Assembly (NCBI RefSeq): GCF_001194135.2
Contig: NC_069001.1
Coordinates: forward strand, 4,920,108 to 4,984,107
Origin: Octopus bimaculoides
Taxonomy: Eukaryota
Direction of reading: 5' to 3'
DNA length: 64,000 bases
The position numbers and the translations under genes are program-made. The notes below the pieces were generated by a model. It saw nothing but the letters and a program-made list of their open reading frames with translations. It was not told the origin of the DNA and made no database searches. Shown piece after piece: positions 38,411-52,212 of this stretch. How positions within the stretch are numbered: position 1 is the stretch's first letter; each line of letters starts with the position of its first letter.

Positions 38411-39379
38411 TGAACAATAACAACGTAGAACAACATTCACAATGGACAGACAGGTGTCCTCGCCTTGTTTGTTGTTAGCACAATGTTTTGGCTGATGTAC
38501 TCTCCAGCCTTCATCAGGTGTCTTGGGGAAATTTCGAACCCACCTGATGAAGGCTGGAGAGTACATCAGCCGAAACGTGTTAACAACAAACAAGGTGGGG
38601 ACACTTCTCTGTCCATTGCGAATATTTATTTCTTTATTACCCACAGGGGGGCTAAACATAGAGGGGACAAACAAGGACAGACAAAGGGCTTAAGTCGATT
38701 ACATCGACCCCAGTGCATAACTGGTACTTATTTAATCGACCCCTGAAAGGATGACAAGCAAAGTCGCCCTCGGCGGAATTTGAACTCAGAACCTAATGGC
38801 AGACGAAATACTGCTAAGCATTTCGTCCGGTGTGCTAACGATTCTGCCAGCTCGCTGCCCATTATTGCACATAATTCTGCATTTCCCTAAAATATAGAGC
38901 AGAACAACATAGAAGTTTGGATATGTGGCAATATGGGAGTCTCATGACCCAACTCCTGATAATTTCTCTCTGGATATAGCATCACTATGAGTGTATGGGC
39001 CATAGCAGCCCATAGTAGGGTTTTCATTCATTACAGTAGAGGTGACCACTCGGGAGGAATGGACAGAGGAAAGGGGACGGAAAGAGGGGAAGGGGAAGAG
39101 AGAAAATTTTGGAAGTGGAAAGAGAACAACAGAAATGACACACCATTCAATGCTCTGACCTACAGAAAAAGTCTCTCAACAGATATCATCCTACACACAT
39201 CTCGCATCTCGCGTTTGCCAGTGCTCCCACTAAGGTTTGTTGATCACGTTATACAAACTAGTCTTCGTACAATTATAATTGCAACATTACAAAAAAAAAA
39301 AAAGATAATTAACATAATAATAATAATAATAATAATTATAATAATGATGATGATGATAATGATAATAACAATAATAATA

Positions 39380-39422
<43 letters not shown>

Positions 39423-39563
39423 TGATGATAATGATGATAATAATAAAGACAAAAGAAAGACAAAAACATTGTTTTTTGAAATGGTCAACCATTTTGATAT
39501 ATANNNNNNNNNNNNNNNNNNNNNNNNNNNNNNNNNNNNNNNNNNNNNNNNNNNNNNNNNNNN

Positions 39564-39651
39564 GACCCCTAAGGGTGGATGTTACTGTTGCTTTTAGCCC
39601 CAGGAGAACATCTGGGGCTAAAAGCAACAGTAACATCCACCCTTAGGGGTC
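39564..39651. repeat. Perfect 40-bp hairpin with 8-nt loop
   Basis: gacccctaagggtggatgttactgttgcttttagccccag-gagaacat-ctggggctaaaagcaacagtaacatccacccttaggggtc. Confidence 0.9.
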
Positions 39652-40225
39652 AGCCACATTTAAATGGCAAATATACTTCACTTTATCGTGCAGTTACTGT
39701 TAACACCTCGTTCAGAGATTTAACATTGTATATATATATTTATATTTATATTTATATTCACCAAAATTTTCTTCTTTTCTCTCTTTACATGTACCTTATA
39801 TATATATATATATATATGCGTGTGTGTTTATATCTGTATATATGTGTATGTATACATATTTATGTGTGTATATATAGGTGTCTGTATATATGTCTGTGTG
39901 CATATATATATATATATTTATATATGTATGTATGTATTGTCAGTTGAAGCCCATGTCAATGGCTACATATCATTCTGTTTACTTAAAGCATAACATAAAC
40001 CTGCAACAGATGTCATTCTACTCAAATATTGACCATCTGATGAATTGTGAGGCTTTTCACTTGAGGAAACTACAAGTAGCCATTATCGTTAGTTTCCAAC
40101 CAAATCAAAGTTCTTTACTTTTAAATTGTACAGTCTTATTTGTATCTTTCATTACTACCATCAACATGTGTGTGTATATTTTATATATATTATGTATATA
40201 CACGGAACAATTCTCAAAGAGAAAC

Positions 40226-40500
40226 TGGACCGAGACAAATTTGGTTGCCGAGTTAAAGCTATTTATAACAAACTATGGGCTCCCGATAGCTTCAGAATTT
40301 TACTCTATCACGTGACCTTATTAGGGGCCGTGATTGGTCAGTTTGCGTTCTGGCGGGAACGGTTCGAAGAAGTTGCCGATTCGAATAATAATCAGTCACG
40401 TGATGACAAGGAATGGGTTCTCTACTACGCTCGCATTTATTTATATTTAAATGAGAAGATTGTATGTAATGGCGATAGTAGTTTGTATCTAATGGCGGGA
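40226..40500 (-). promoter_or_regulatory. Orphan Pol II promoter-like motif cluster
   Basis: TATAAATA 40260-40267 (-), TCACGTGAC 40308-40316, CCAAT about 40334-40338 (-), TGGCGGGAA 40351-40359, GTCACGTGAT about 40395-40404; locally CpG-rich, non-repetitive-looking sequence. Confidence 0.55.
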
Positions 40501-41764
40501 GGTAGTTTCACTACATATATATAAATATATTGCATACATAATATGTGTGTCTGTATATATATGTACACATGTATATATGTGTATATATGTATGTATGAGT
40601 GAATGTGTGTATATGAGTGTTTATACCATGTATATATTATGTATGTAATACATGTATATATATGTGTGTGTGTATATATATATATATACATAAATATCTA
40701 CATACACATATGTAGGTTATGTATACCATATATATATTATTCATATTTGTGTATATGAATGTGTACATATTTTATCTGTCTATTTATGTATACATACATA
40801 TTTTTCAGCATATATGTGTGTGTATGCAGTTGTTTGTTTTTAGCTGACTCCACATTAACACATATCATATTGCATTGAAATGATAAAAGAGGATCAATGT
40901 GGTGGGCAGGGTTGAAGAGGAGTACAACAATGACCTGACCTGACCTGATATTACTTCACCTAATCTCACTTGATATAAGTAAAAAAAAAAACATTTACAA
41001 AGAAATTTAAAAAAAACAATGCTGAAACAGTTTTGATGTCATCAGAATTACAACAGGGAAATGGGAGGTTTTTCCTTCTATTCTATAATTATCTTTTACT
41101 GGTCATGCTGGGGCACTGCTGTGGAGAATTTTGTAGTCAAATGAATCAAACCCATACTTCTACAGTTGCTTTTGCTGATATGCTAGTTTACCGGGATGTA
41201 AACACACCAACACCAGTTGTCATACACAAACACAAACACACACATATGTATATATATATATGATGGGCTTCTTTTGGTTTCCGTCCTCCAAATCCACTCA
41301 CAAGACTTCAGCTGGCACAAAGCTATAACAGATGCTTGCTGAAGGTGCCATGCAGTGAGACTGACCCCGGAACTATGTGGTTGGGAAGCGTACGGCTTAC
41401 CACACAGCCATGTAGTAATTTTCATTGTGATGACAATGATGACAATGATGATGACAGTGTCAATGAAGAAATCACTAATGAAACCTAGAGAAAACTTCTT
41501 CCTCGTTAAAAGAACACTAATCGTAATAAATATAGGCAAGGGGCCTGAAATTTTGGGGACAGGTGACTAGTCAATTACTTTGACCCCAGAGTTTCACTGG
41601 TACTTAATTTATCGAACCCAAAAGGATGAAAGGCAAAGTTGACCTCAGCAGAATTTGAACTCAGAACGTAAAGACGGACGAAATGCCGCTAAGCATTTTG
41701 CCCGGCGTGCTAACAGTTCTACCAGCTCACTGTCTTAATAATTGAAATAATAATGATAATAATA

Positions 41765-42110
41765 ATATGGAGGTATTGTTTTCAGTTGCATTTGTTTGTT
41801 TGTACATGGACAAGATATCTCAATGGATTTGGATGATTCTGAATGGATTCAGATGAAACTTTCAGGGATGTTTGACCTAGTGACTGGCATGAACTGATTA
41901 GATTTTGGGATCGATCCAGTACCGGACAAGGATTCTGGACTATTTTTCCATTTTTTTCTACTTAATTTTTGAGAATGGTCAGGTTCATTTTTAGTATTCT
42001 CGTTTGTGAGAGCAGTCGAGTTTATTTCAGATATTCTCATTTTAAAAACCATCTCTGGCTAATCGTTGAGAGGATGGTACTGTTGCCTTGGTGGAGGCTT
42101 GTGCTTGCTG
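41765..42110 (+). mobile_element. Dispersed non-autonomous repeat; second copy at about 55080-55410
   Basis: Shared ggaggtattgttttc...ggatggattcagatgaaactttcag...gattttggga..gatcc..acc block. Confidence 0.7.
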
Positions 42111-42918
42111 GGTGCTCTTCTTATATAACTATTACCATTTCCAATTTTGGCACAAGGCCAGCAATTTTGAGGGGAGAGAGTTAGCAGATACCTTCAATAC
42201 CTGTACATGACTGGTATTTTATTTTATTGACCCTAGAAGGCTAAAAGACAAAATTGGCCAGGTCAGGATTTGAACTTAAAATGTCAAGAGATGGGAGAAA
42301 TAATAACCCTTTCTACTATAGGCACAAGGCCTGAAATTTTGTGAGGAAGGGGGCTAATTGATTACATCAACCTCAGTGTTTCACTGGTACTTAATTTATC
42401 GACCCTGAAAGAATGAAAGGCAAAATTGACCTTGGTGGAATTTGAACTCAGAACATAACAATGGGTGGAAATACCGCTAAACATTTTGTCCAGTGTGCTG
42501 ATTCTGACAGCTCACTGCCTTATATGGAAGGAATAATAATAATCGTTTCAAAAACATATGTGTATATATACGCTCATACAGATACACACTCACATGCATA
42601 CATACAAATGTATATATATTTTGTATATACACATATGTATTTATAGTTGCACGCAGCTTATGTCTGCACATATACTTCAACAACCTTTAACAGTGAGAAG
42701 CACTCTAACATGCATAGCAATCTAATAGACATAACCACACTGATGCGTGTATACATTTACTCAGGAAAACATGCAATTGGTTAGTGCTTGCATATCCTGT
42801 TAGTGTTCAAAGTGCATACGTCAGATACAAACGTATAACTGATATGAGCACTATTTATATATATATATATGTGTGTGTGTGTGCTCATGTTGTCACATAT
42901 ATATATATGCACATGTGG

Positions 42919-42963
<45 letters not shown>

Positions 42964-43669
42964 CATATGTGTGTGTGTGTGCTCATGTTGTCACATATAT
43001 ATATATGCACATGTGGTCATATATATATATATATATACACACATACATATGTGTGTGTGTGTGTGTGTTCATGTTGTCACATATATATCTATATTTTTTC
43101 TACTCCAGGCACAAGGCCTGAAATTTTTGGGGAGGGGGTCAGTCAATTAGACTGATCCCATTTTGCAACTGGTACTTAATTTATTGACCCTGAAAGGAAA
43201 AGCTGACTTCGGTGGAATTTGAACTCAGAACGTAAAGACAGATGACATATATATATCTATATATTTATATATATATATGCACATGTGGTCTTATATATAT
43301 ATTCTTTTATTTGTTTCAGTCATTTGACTGCAGCCATGCTGGAGCACTGCTTTTAGTCAAACAAATTGACTACTTTTTATATGGCACCAGCAACAGCAAG
43401 GTCACCAAGTGACTTGCAGGTCAAAACCCCGACCCCTTCAATGGTGGGGAGTAGTATTGAGGGACAGAAAAGGTGTCTTCTATTAGAAGAGAGATATTGC
43501 TATCTTGGATGAAGAAGAAAGAGAGGAGAGAAAGATGGTGAAGATGTGACATAAATATACCATATTCTTGGCATACAAGTCAATGTAGCAGATGGAGAAA
43601 ATGAAAGCAGGCCTCAGGGAGGCTGAGTTCCTTTTGTTTGTTGAGCCTCATGGAGGCAAAGTGGCTGAG

Positions 43670-43790
43670 TTTCTTTCGAGTGTTGGGCCTCACGGAGGTG
43701 ATGACCAAGGCCTTTGGCATTATGTTGTGCTTGAGAAGAAGACCCATCAAGCAGAGGAAAATCGCAGTCATGGCAGATACCGGTGTGACG
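43670..43790 (+). mobile_element. RTE-like LINE 3' tail; other RTE-like relics at about 950-1320 (-) and 49540-49660 (+)
   Basis: FRVLGLTEVMT followed by LWHYVVLEKKT after a frameshift, typical of RTE ORF ends. Confidence 0.5.
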
Positions 43791-45489
43791 CAAATGGCAC
43801 CTGTGATGGTGGCATATAAAAGCATCCATTACACTATCGGAGTGGTTGGTGTTAGGAAGGGCATCCAGCCATACAAAACCATGCCAAATCAGACTGGAGC
43901 CTGGCCAGCCCTGGTCAAACCTTCTGACCCATGCCAGCATGGACAACGGACATTAACTGATGATGATGTAATGTAAACATTCAAACGTCATCACATTTCC
44001 AAAATCCTGCTTTACATTTCAGATGGAATTTTCAGTCCTCCAAGGTTGTCTTGGCATATAAGTCGACCTACAGTTTTTTTTTTTTTTGCCGCTGTAAATT
44101 TTGGTTTGAAAAACTCAACTTTTAAGCTTGTATTATTTCAATTCTCTAATGAACAGCTAACAGGAGATACTGTACATGTTTTTCTACATGTAGACATCAG
44201 GAAGGGCATCCAGCCATAGAAACCAAACCAAAAGCAGACTGGAGCCTGGTACATCTCCCTGGTTTAACAGTTCCAGTCAAACCGTCTAACCCAGTGGTTC
44301 TCAACCAGGTTCCACGTGGCCCCTGAAGGTCCATATAAAACTTTTGGAGGTCCAGGCAAAAAATAGTAAATTGGGGATCCAGAATAGTATTTTAAGGACC
44401 CCTGAGAAAATTTTGGTTTACATGTATGTATTGCAAGAAACAACCAGGTTTCTTTCTCTAACACTTTGCAAGTTAATGTGTGAAAAACAAAACTGGAGGT
44501 TTGAAAGAAGTATCCATAACATTAGTTTTAAAACATTAAATGGCTATGGGGCTCCTACAGAATAAAATAGTAGTCAAAGGGGTCCATAGATAAAAAATGG
44601 TTGAGAACCCCTGCATTAGATGTATGTATTGGTGATGTATTGCAAGAAACAGCTGGGTTTCTTTCTCTAACATTTTACACAGTTCAATCTACACAACAAG
44701 TTAATGTGTGAAAAACAAAAGAGGAATTTTGAAAGAAGTTTCTATGGAACTAGTTTTTAAACATTGAATGGCTGTTGGGGGTCCACCAGAATTGCTTGGA
44801 GACACATGTTCAGGCATCATATAAGCATGAAACTATCAGTAGCTCTTGCAGTTGTGTATTTAAATTGATGTTTATCTCTCACTGGATGGAATACTTCTTT
44901 TTCTTGATTCTCCCTCTATCGGATCTGTAAACTATATATCATCATCATCATCATCGTTTAACGTCCGCTTTCCATGCTAGCATGGGTTGGACGATTTGAC
45001 TGAGGACTGGTGAAACCGGATGGCAACACCAGGCTCCAATCTAATTTGGCAGAGTTTCTACAGCTGGATGCCCTTCCTAACGCCAACCACTCAGAGAGTG
45101 TAGTGGGTGCTTTTACGTGTCACCCGCACGAAGGCCAGTCAGGCGGTACTGGCAATGGCCACGCTCAAAATGGTGTATTTTATGTGCCACCTGCACAAGA
45201 GTCAATACAGGGACACTGGCAACGATCTCGCTATATATATATATATATATATATNNNNNNNNNNNNNNNNNNNNNNNNNNNNNNNNNNNNNNNNNNNNNN
45301 NNNNNNNNNNNNNNNNNNNNNNNNNNNNNNNNNNNNNNNNNNNNNNNNNNNNNNNNNNNNNNNNNNNNNNNNNNNNNNNNNNNNNNNNNNNNNNNNNNNN
45401 NNNNNNNNNNNNNNNNNNNNNNNNNNNNNNNNNNTTATATACATACATATTTATCTAGTTTCAGCTCAATGGCTGAGGCCATGCTGGGG

Positions 45490-45810
45490 CAGCACCAACC
45501 GGTGTTGTGTTGCTACATCTTCATTAATCCTCCATAAATAATTGGCATTTGGAGAAAGAGGGAGTTTGACGCTGCTGCCCTCATTTCTGCTTCCTATTTT
45601 GAAGTTGGCTCATCTGGGACTCTTAACAATAGAAGATCCAGTTTAGTTTTGATGACATCTGCCTCCATACCATAACGGTCTCTCAGCTTCTTTGGTGGAA
45701 ATATTGAAGAGTTGTGGGCCCTTGAATCCCAAGCTATTGCAGCACCTGGTTCTGTGTTTTGACAGCAGAGAAGGGATCTTAGATTCTCTGCAATGGCACC
45801 TTGTCCTGGA
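45490..45810 (-). mobile_element. CR1/L2-like LINE 3' fragment
   Basis: Minus frame ..KTKLDLLLLRVPDEPT.. resembles the CR1/L2 ORF2 C-terminal LDxFLxxIPDQP motif. Confidence 0.55.
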
Positions 45811-47485
45811 ATTTCTCTTTTATCTTTTACTTGCTTCAGTCATTTGACTGAGGCCATGCTAGGGCACCACTTTGAAAGGTTTTAGTTGAACAAATTGACC
45901 CTTGGACTTATTATTTTTTAAAGCTTAGTACTTATTCTATTGGTTTCTTATGCTGAACTGCTAAGTTATGGGGATGCAAACAGATCACCACCGGTTCTCA
46001 AATGGTGGTGTGGGACTTACACACATAGATTTATACAAACATATGTGTACATATATTATATATATACATATACACACACATACATATATATGACGGGCTT
46101 CTTTCAGTTTCTGTCTACCAAATCCATTCACAAGGCTTTGGTTGGCCCGAAGCTATAGCAGAAGACACTTGCTCAAGGTACCACATAGTGGGACTGAACC
46201 CGGAACCATGTGGTTGGAAAACAAGCTTCTTACCCCACAGCCACGCTTGTACCTATTTGTATAAAAGTTTGGGACAAACCCTTCCAGGGTCATTCAGATT
46301 TATATCGCAGCATATCTTTCTTGCCTTCGTTATTCAAACCTCACAGTCATTTACTACGTTTAGTCAACTTACCAGGCAGCCACTGCATTCGACAACATTT
46401 CACTAAACGTAATCACATTCAGGTGGTTCAGTAAACCATCGGGGCCATCAGGTGATCCTTATTTTGAAATACACGGTTGTTCCTTAAATGTAACTACTTG
46501 TGTATGAACGATGTACCAGTAAAAGGGTCAAGATCCGCATTGTTATATCACAAGATTTGGTGAACCCAACATTTTGCAAACAAATTCTTTGATATGTGTA
46601 TAACATGATTTTCTTACCTCTGTGATATAATATCAGAAATGCTATACATGTGTGTGTGAGTATGTATATATAATCTTACATGTGAGGCATTTGTATGTTT
46701 ATCGTTGGGTACATACCCCAAATATTTTTTATATCTTTTATATTTCGTTTCAGTCATTTGCCTGCGGCCATGCTGGGGCACCAACATGAAGCATTGTTTT
46801 AGTCAAACAAATCGACTCCAGGAACTAATCTTTTAAAAGCCTATTACTTATTCCATTGGTCTCTTTTGCTGAACCAGTAAGTTACGGGGACATAAACACA
46901 CCAACAGTGGTTGTCAAGCGATGGTGGGGGAGAAATACAAAGACATACACACATAGATATAAATGAATATATATGTATATAATGGGCTTCTTTCAGTTTC
47001 TGTCAACCAAATCCACTCAAAAGGCTTTGGTTGACCTGAGGCTATAGTAGAAGACACTTTCCCAAGGTGCCACGAAGTGGGACTGAACCTAGAACCATGT
47101 AGTTGGGAAGCAAGCTTCTTATCACACAACCGCTCCTGTGCTTCTGGCTTCTTACCATTGACCCCAATGTTCAACTGGTACTTATTTTATTGACCCCAGA
47201 AAGGATGAAAGGTAAAGTCGACCTCGGCAGAATTTGAACTGAGAACGTGAAAATGGATGAAACACCACAAGGCATTTTGTTTTGCCTGCGGTGCTAACAA
47301 TTCTGCCAGCTTGCTGTCTCACAAGACAGTATTTATTAGCAACATGTTATCCTGATAATGGGGCGGGGAAAGTCTTTGCACGTTAATGGATGAAAGGATT
47401 TAGTAATGAATGTCTTGGCACCACACCGAAACTGAACTAAAAAAAAAAATCAAACTCCAACAGTGTTGTGTTCTTGGTATTTATA

Positions 47486-47525
<40 letters not shown>

Positions 47526-47672
47526 CATACACATATATACATTTTATGACATTAAGATCACGGCAGAGTCATTTTGCAAAAATGGCCCTTCCACAACGTA
47601 TCTTTCTAAACACCCAACTTCATACCAAGAATCTTGCAAAAACTAATACAAAAACAAAATATTAAATATATA

Positions 47673-47705
<33 letters not shown>

Positions 47706-47806
47706 CTCTGTGTGAATGTAAATATGTATATACACATATAGCTATGTACAGAAAGGTAGATAAGTAGACAGATATAAATGCAGACACACACATGAACACA
47801 CCTACA

Positions 47807-47841
<35 letters not shown>

Positions 47842-48131
47842 GTATATACACTATATATATATATACAAACATACATGTACATACACACACACACATATAT
47901 ATATATATACACACACATATATATATATACACACACACATACATGCACATACACACATAGATATAGATATATATATATATGTATTTATTTAATTTATTTA
48001 CAAAAAAAAAAAGCCAAACGACAAACAAACCAAACCATGCCCACCCTTCCCCAACACACAGAATTTACAAACCCTTACTGAATTCATAAACCCGAAATGT
48101 TTGGTCTTGTTGATATGTACGTCTGTTAAAT

Positions 48132-48265
48132 TTATTCACAAGCCAATTTACTGTCGAAGCTACTAAGGGCAATACCGAATGCCTGTAGAGGGCAGCACGG
48201 GTATTGGAAGTCCATGGTGAAAACGTCCTCGGCAACACGGCCAAACTGCATCACAATATAGTCAA
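48132..48265 (-). CDS. TUB: Tubby-family terminal exon ([44 protein letters not shown])
   Basis: ctttccag| acceptor, phase 1, TAA at 48132-48134; canonical tubby C-terminus [10 protein letters not shown]. Exact TUB vs TULP orthology cannot be determined here. Confidence 0.97.
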
Positions 48266-48853
48266 CTGGAAAGAGAGAAAAAAATACATAAGTACATAGA
48301 TATATATATAGGTATATAGGTAGGTAGATATCACCCCCATCATTATCGTTTAATGTCCATCCTTTACGCTGGCATGGGTTGGATGGCTTGACAAGAGCTG
48401 GCAAGCCAGAGAGCTGTTGTCTGTTTTTGCATGGTTTCTATGGCTGTATGCCCTTCCTCATGCCAACCACTTTACAGAGTGGACTGGGGGCTTTTCACGT
48501 GGCACCAGCACTGACAATGTCTGCCTTGACATGGTTTTACAGCTGGATGCCCTTCCTAATGCCAATGACTTAACAGGAGTGTACTGGGTGGTTTTGATGT
48601 GGCCCCAGCACCAACAGGGTCACCAAGTAACTTGCAAGATGAAGAGCTCTCATCTGGGAGAGGAAGTGGAACCAAGGAAAGAAGCTTTGTGCCAGGTGAA
48701 AGGTTAGAGTATAATAGAGTGATGGAGACAGATATGAGGGAGCCAATGAGGAACAAGCATGGCTGTGTCATTGAGAAGCTTGCTTTCCAACCAAGTGGTC
48801 ATGGATTCAATCCTACTGCAAGGCACGTTGGGTAAGTGTTTTTTACTATAGCT

Positions 48854-49362
48854 CAGGGTTTCTCAACCATTTTTAATCTATGGACTCTTGGATTACTATT
48901 TTATTCTGGTGGACCCCATAGCCAGTCAATGTCTAAAAACTAGTTTTATAGAAATTTCTTTCAGAATTCCTATTGTGTTTTTCTTACATTAATTTGTGTA
49001 GGCTGAACTATGTAAAACATAGTTCTTAATCATTTTTGATCTATGGACCCCTTTGATTACTCTTTTATTCTGGGTGGACCCCCATAGCCATTCAATGTTT
49101 AAAAACTTGTTTTATAGAAACTTCTTTCAGAATTCCTATTTTGTTTTTCTTACATTAACTTGTGGTGTAGGTTGAACTGTGTGAAATGTGAGAGAAAGAA
49201 ACCTGGTTGTTTCTCGCAATACATCACCAATACACACATCTCAGGCAAAATTTTTTCAGGGGTCCTTACACTGCTATTGTGGATCCCCAATTTGTTGTGT
49301 AGACCCTAAAAAATCTTATATGGTCCCTGAGGGTTCATATGGTCTCTCGTTGAGAATCACTG
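48854..49362. mobile_element. hAT-like MITE inserted in a SINE; related copies at 19205-19970 and 44292-44613
   Basis: TIRs cagggtttctcaacc / cgttgagaatcactg; 8-bp TSD ctatagct / ctatagcc. Confidence 0.75.
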
Positions 49363-49786
49363 CTATAGCCTGAAGCTGACCAAAGTTTTGAGAGTGGATC
49401 TGGTAAACAGAAACCAGAAGGAGTCTGTTGTATATGCATGTATGCATGGTGGATGCACATCAAGAGAAATGAAGAAAGAGAAAAAAGATCCCAAAAAGAC
49501 AGGGTGCACCACCTTTAAACAAGATCTGAAGCAACTTAGGGATCACCTGGAAAGATGCTGGCAACTGGGATTATTGATGTCTTGCTGTCTGATGTACGGA
49601 CCAACTGTATGGAAGGACCTGAAACTAAGACTATGACCCAATGGCCTGGAGAATGATTGGGTCATAGTGCACATCTAGGGGACCTTAATGTGAAGCAAGT
49701 TAGTGCAGTGGGGGTGGGGGTGGGGTCTCCTCCCAGAAGACCATTCAAGGTGGGCATGCCGAGATTCAAGTCTTAGAAATACTTAC

Positions 49787-49870
49787 TGTCATTATCGTGA
49801 ACTATCTGGAAATTTTTTACAGAGGCTTGTGTAACTCTTCCATGGAAATTCAAGACGTAAGATTGGGTTT
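49787..49870 (-). CDS. TUB: Tubby-family exon ([28 protein letters not shown])
   Basis: acttgcag| acceptor, A|GTAAGT donor, 84 nt phase 1-1; tubby signature [16 protein letters not shown]. Confidence 0.97.
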
Positions 49871-50129
49871 CTGCAAGTAGAAGAAAACCATAAATTCTAA
49901 CAATGGAACAGAATGGAACGACATTGAGGAAGAGCATGGCAAAAATGATGATGTTGGTGATGATGATGTTGGTGATGATGATGGTGGTGATGATGATGGT
50001 GGTGATGATGATGCTAAGGATGATGATGGCGATGACAATGCTAATGATGATGATGATAATGAAGAAGCTAATGATGATGACAATGATGCTAATGATGATA
50101 ATGATGATGCTAAAGGTGATGAACAGTGC

Positions 50130-50161
<32 letters not shown>

Positions 50162-51109
50162 ATGATGCAGACATTAACTTTCTTAAGAGGTCAGGGAGTG
50201 GGCTGGGATAGGGGTGGGCGGAGAGACTAACACAGTTCGGACTTCTGATTGAAGTGTTTCTCTGTTTATTTTTTTTTTTTTTTAGAAAAAGTGGGTCATC
50301 AGCATTACCGATAGAGACGAGGTGAGATCAAAGTCACAAAAATTATCGATAAAAGCAAGGCCAAAGTTCTTGATATTAAATATCGCACATGTGAGACATC
50401 TGTAAGTCATATCTAATAAGTGTGGGTGTGTGTGAGGTATTTAAAAACAGAGACAGAAATCTGATGGGTCAGAGGTCATTGAAACTTCCCAAAATCTGAC
50501 AAGACCGAGGTCACTGTAATAGTCCTTGAGGTCACCAAAACAATCCCCTCCATCACAAGTCCCCAATAACTGGGCCATAGACAAGTTCTGGTGCAGAAAT
50601 CATTTAGTACCAGACTGAATAAAAAAAAGAATAAATTCTAAATCTTTCATTGGCTTTTGGTACATGCGTGGCTGTGTGGTAAGAAGCTTGCTTCCCAACC
50701 ACATGGTTCTGGGTTCAGTCCCACTGCGAGACACCTTGGACAAGTGTCTTCTACTATGCCCTCGGGCCAACCAAATCCTAGTGAGGGGATTTGGTATATG
50801 GAAATTGAAAGAAGCCTGTCGCATATATATGTGAGAGTGTGTGTGTGCAAGTGTTTGTGTCTCTGTCTGCTCCCCTCCTGCCCATTATCGCTTGACAACT
50901 GGCATTGGTGTATTTACTTCCTAGTAACTTAGTGGTTTGGCAAAAGAGACCGATAGAATAAGCACTAGGCTTACAAAGAATACGTCCTACGGCTCCAGCA
51001 TGGCCACAATCAAGTGACTGAAACAAGTAACAAAAAAGAAAAAGAAAATAGAATAAAAGGCCAATGCGGTCTGCAGTGTGTCTTTGCACTATATATGCAT
51101 CAAAGAACC

Positions 51110-51335
51110 TAATGTGCCATGTAGAAAGAACTCCTGTGATGGTGCCACATAAAACGCACCTCAGCTGGTGCCACGTAAAAAACACCCATTCTGGTGCCAC
51201 ATAAAGAGCAGCCATCCTGGTGCCACATAAAAAGCGTCCATTCTGGTGCCATATAAAGAGCACCTTAGCTGGTGCCACATAAAAAGCACCTTAGCTGGTG
51301 TCACATAAAGAGCACCCAAGCTGGTGCCACGTATA
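51110..51335. repeat. Roughly 28-bp tandem repeat (ctggtgccacataaaaagcacc) in a SINE-associated tail
   Basis: About 8 visible units. Confidence 0.85.
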
Positions 51336-52151
51336 AAGCAACCAGTACCCTCCGTAGAAGAGTTGGCATTAGGAAAGGCATCCAGCCACAGACACCATGC
51401 CGAAACAGACAATCAGAACCTGGTACAACTCTCTGACTTGCCAGTGCCAGCCAAACTGTCCAACCCATGCCAGCATGGAAAATGGACGTTACATGATGAT
51501 GATGATGATGATGTGTATTATAAATGTAATCATTAAATCATATGTTATATGTTATGCATGTGGCTCCCTGGTTCATGGGAAAATTGTCATGCATGAAACT
51601 AGTCTGTGGAACAAAGAGAGTTGAAGAGTGCAGCTCTAGGTCACCAAAGTGGTTCCCTGGCTCAGGGGACTCCAACTACCAGGCTATTTATTGACCAGTG
51701 CCAGGTTGCACAAAAAGAAGAGATTTTAAAATTCTGTTTCTATTTTATTGACTATCGTAGTCTGCAGATTTTCTTTTTGCATTATATACATTACACACAC
51801 ACACACACACACAACATACATACATACATACAAGGTGTCCATAAATTATCTTTACAACTTCCACACTTCAGATTATAATGGTAATTTATGGACATCCTGT
51901 GTGGGTGTGTGTATTTATATATGTATATGTGTATATATAAATATATATAAATATATATATATATATAAATATAATACATACACACACACACACACACACA
52001 TATATATAAAGATATATAAGAAATAATTGAGATTCAGTTGAATTAGGTACTTAAGTTGAAGCTCCAAGCCAGCCTGGTATTATCTGGACAGCTCGAAGTA
52101 AGGTGAATAAAATCAAAATAAGCAACAGGATATCCTGTTGCTTATTTTGAT

Positions 52152-52212
<61 letters not shown>

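Noticed and set aside
46366-46450. Minus-strand segment ending CTG|GTAAGT (..MLSNAVAA)
   Set aside because: Weak acceptor, no recognisable product and no partner exon; insufficient support.
51110-51335. CRISPR-like array
   Set aside because: Contiguous degenerate units without unique spacers, eukaryotic context, no cas genes.
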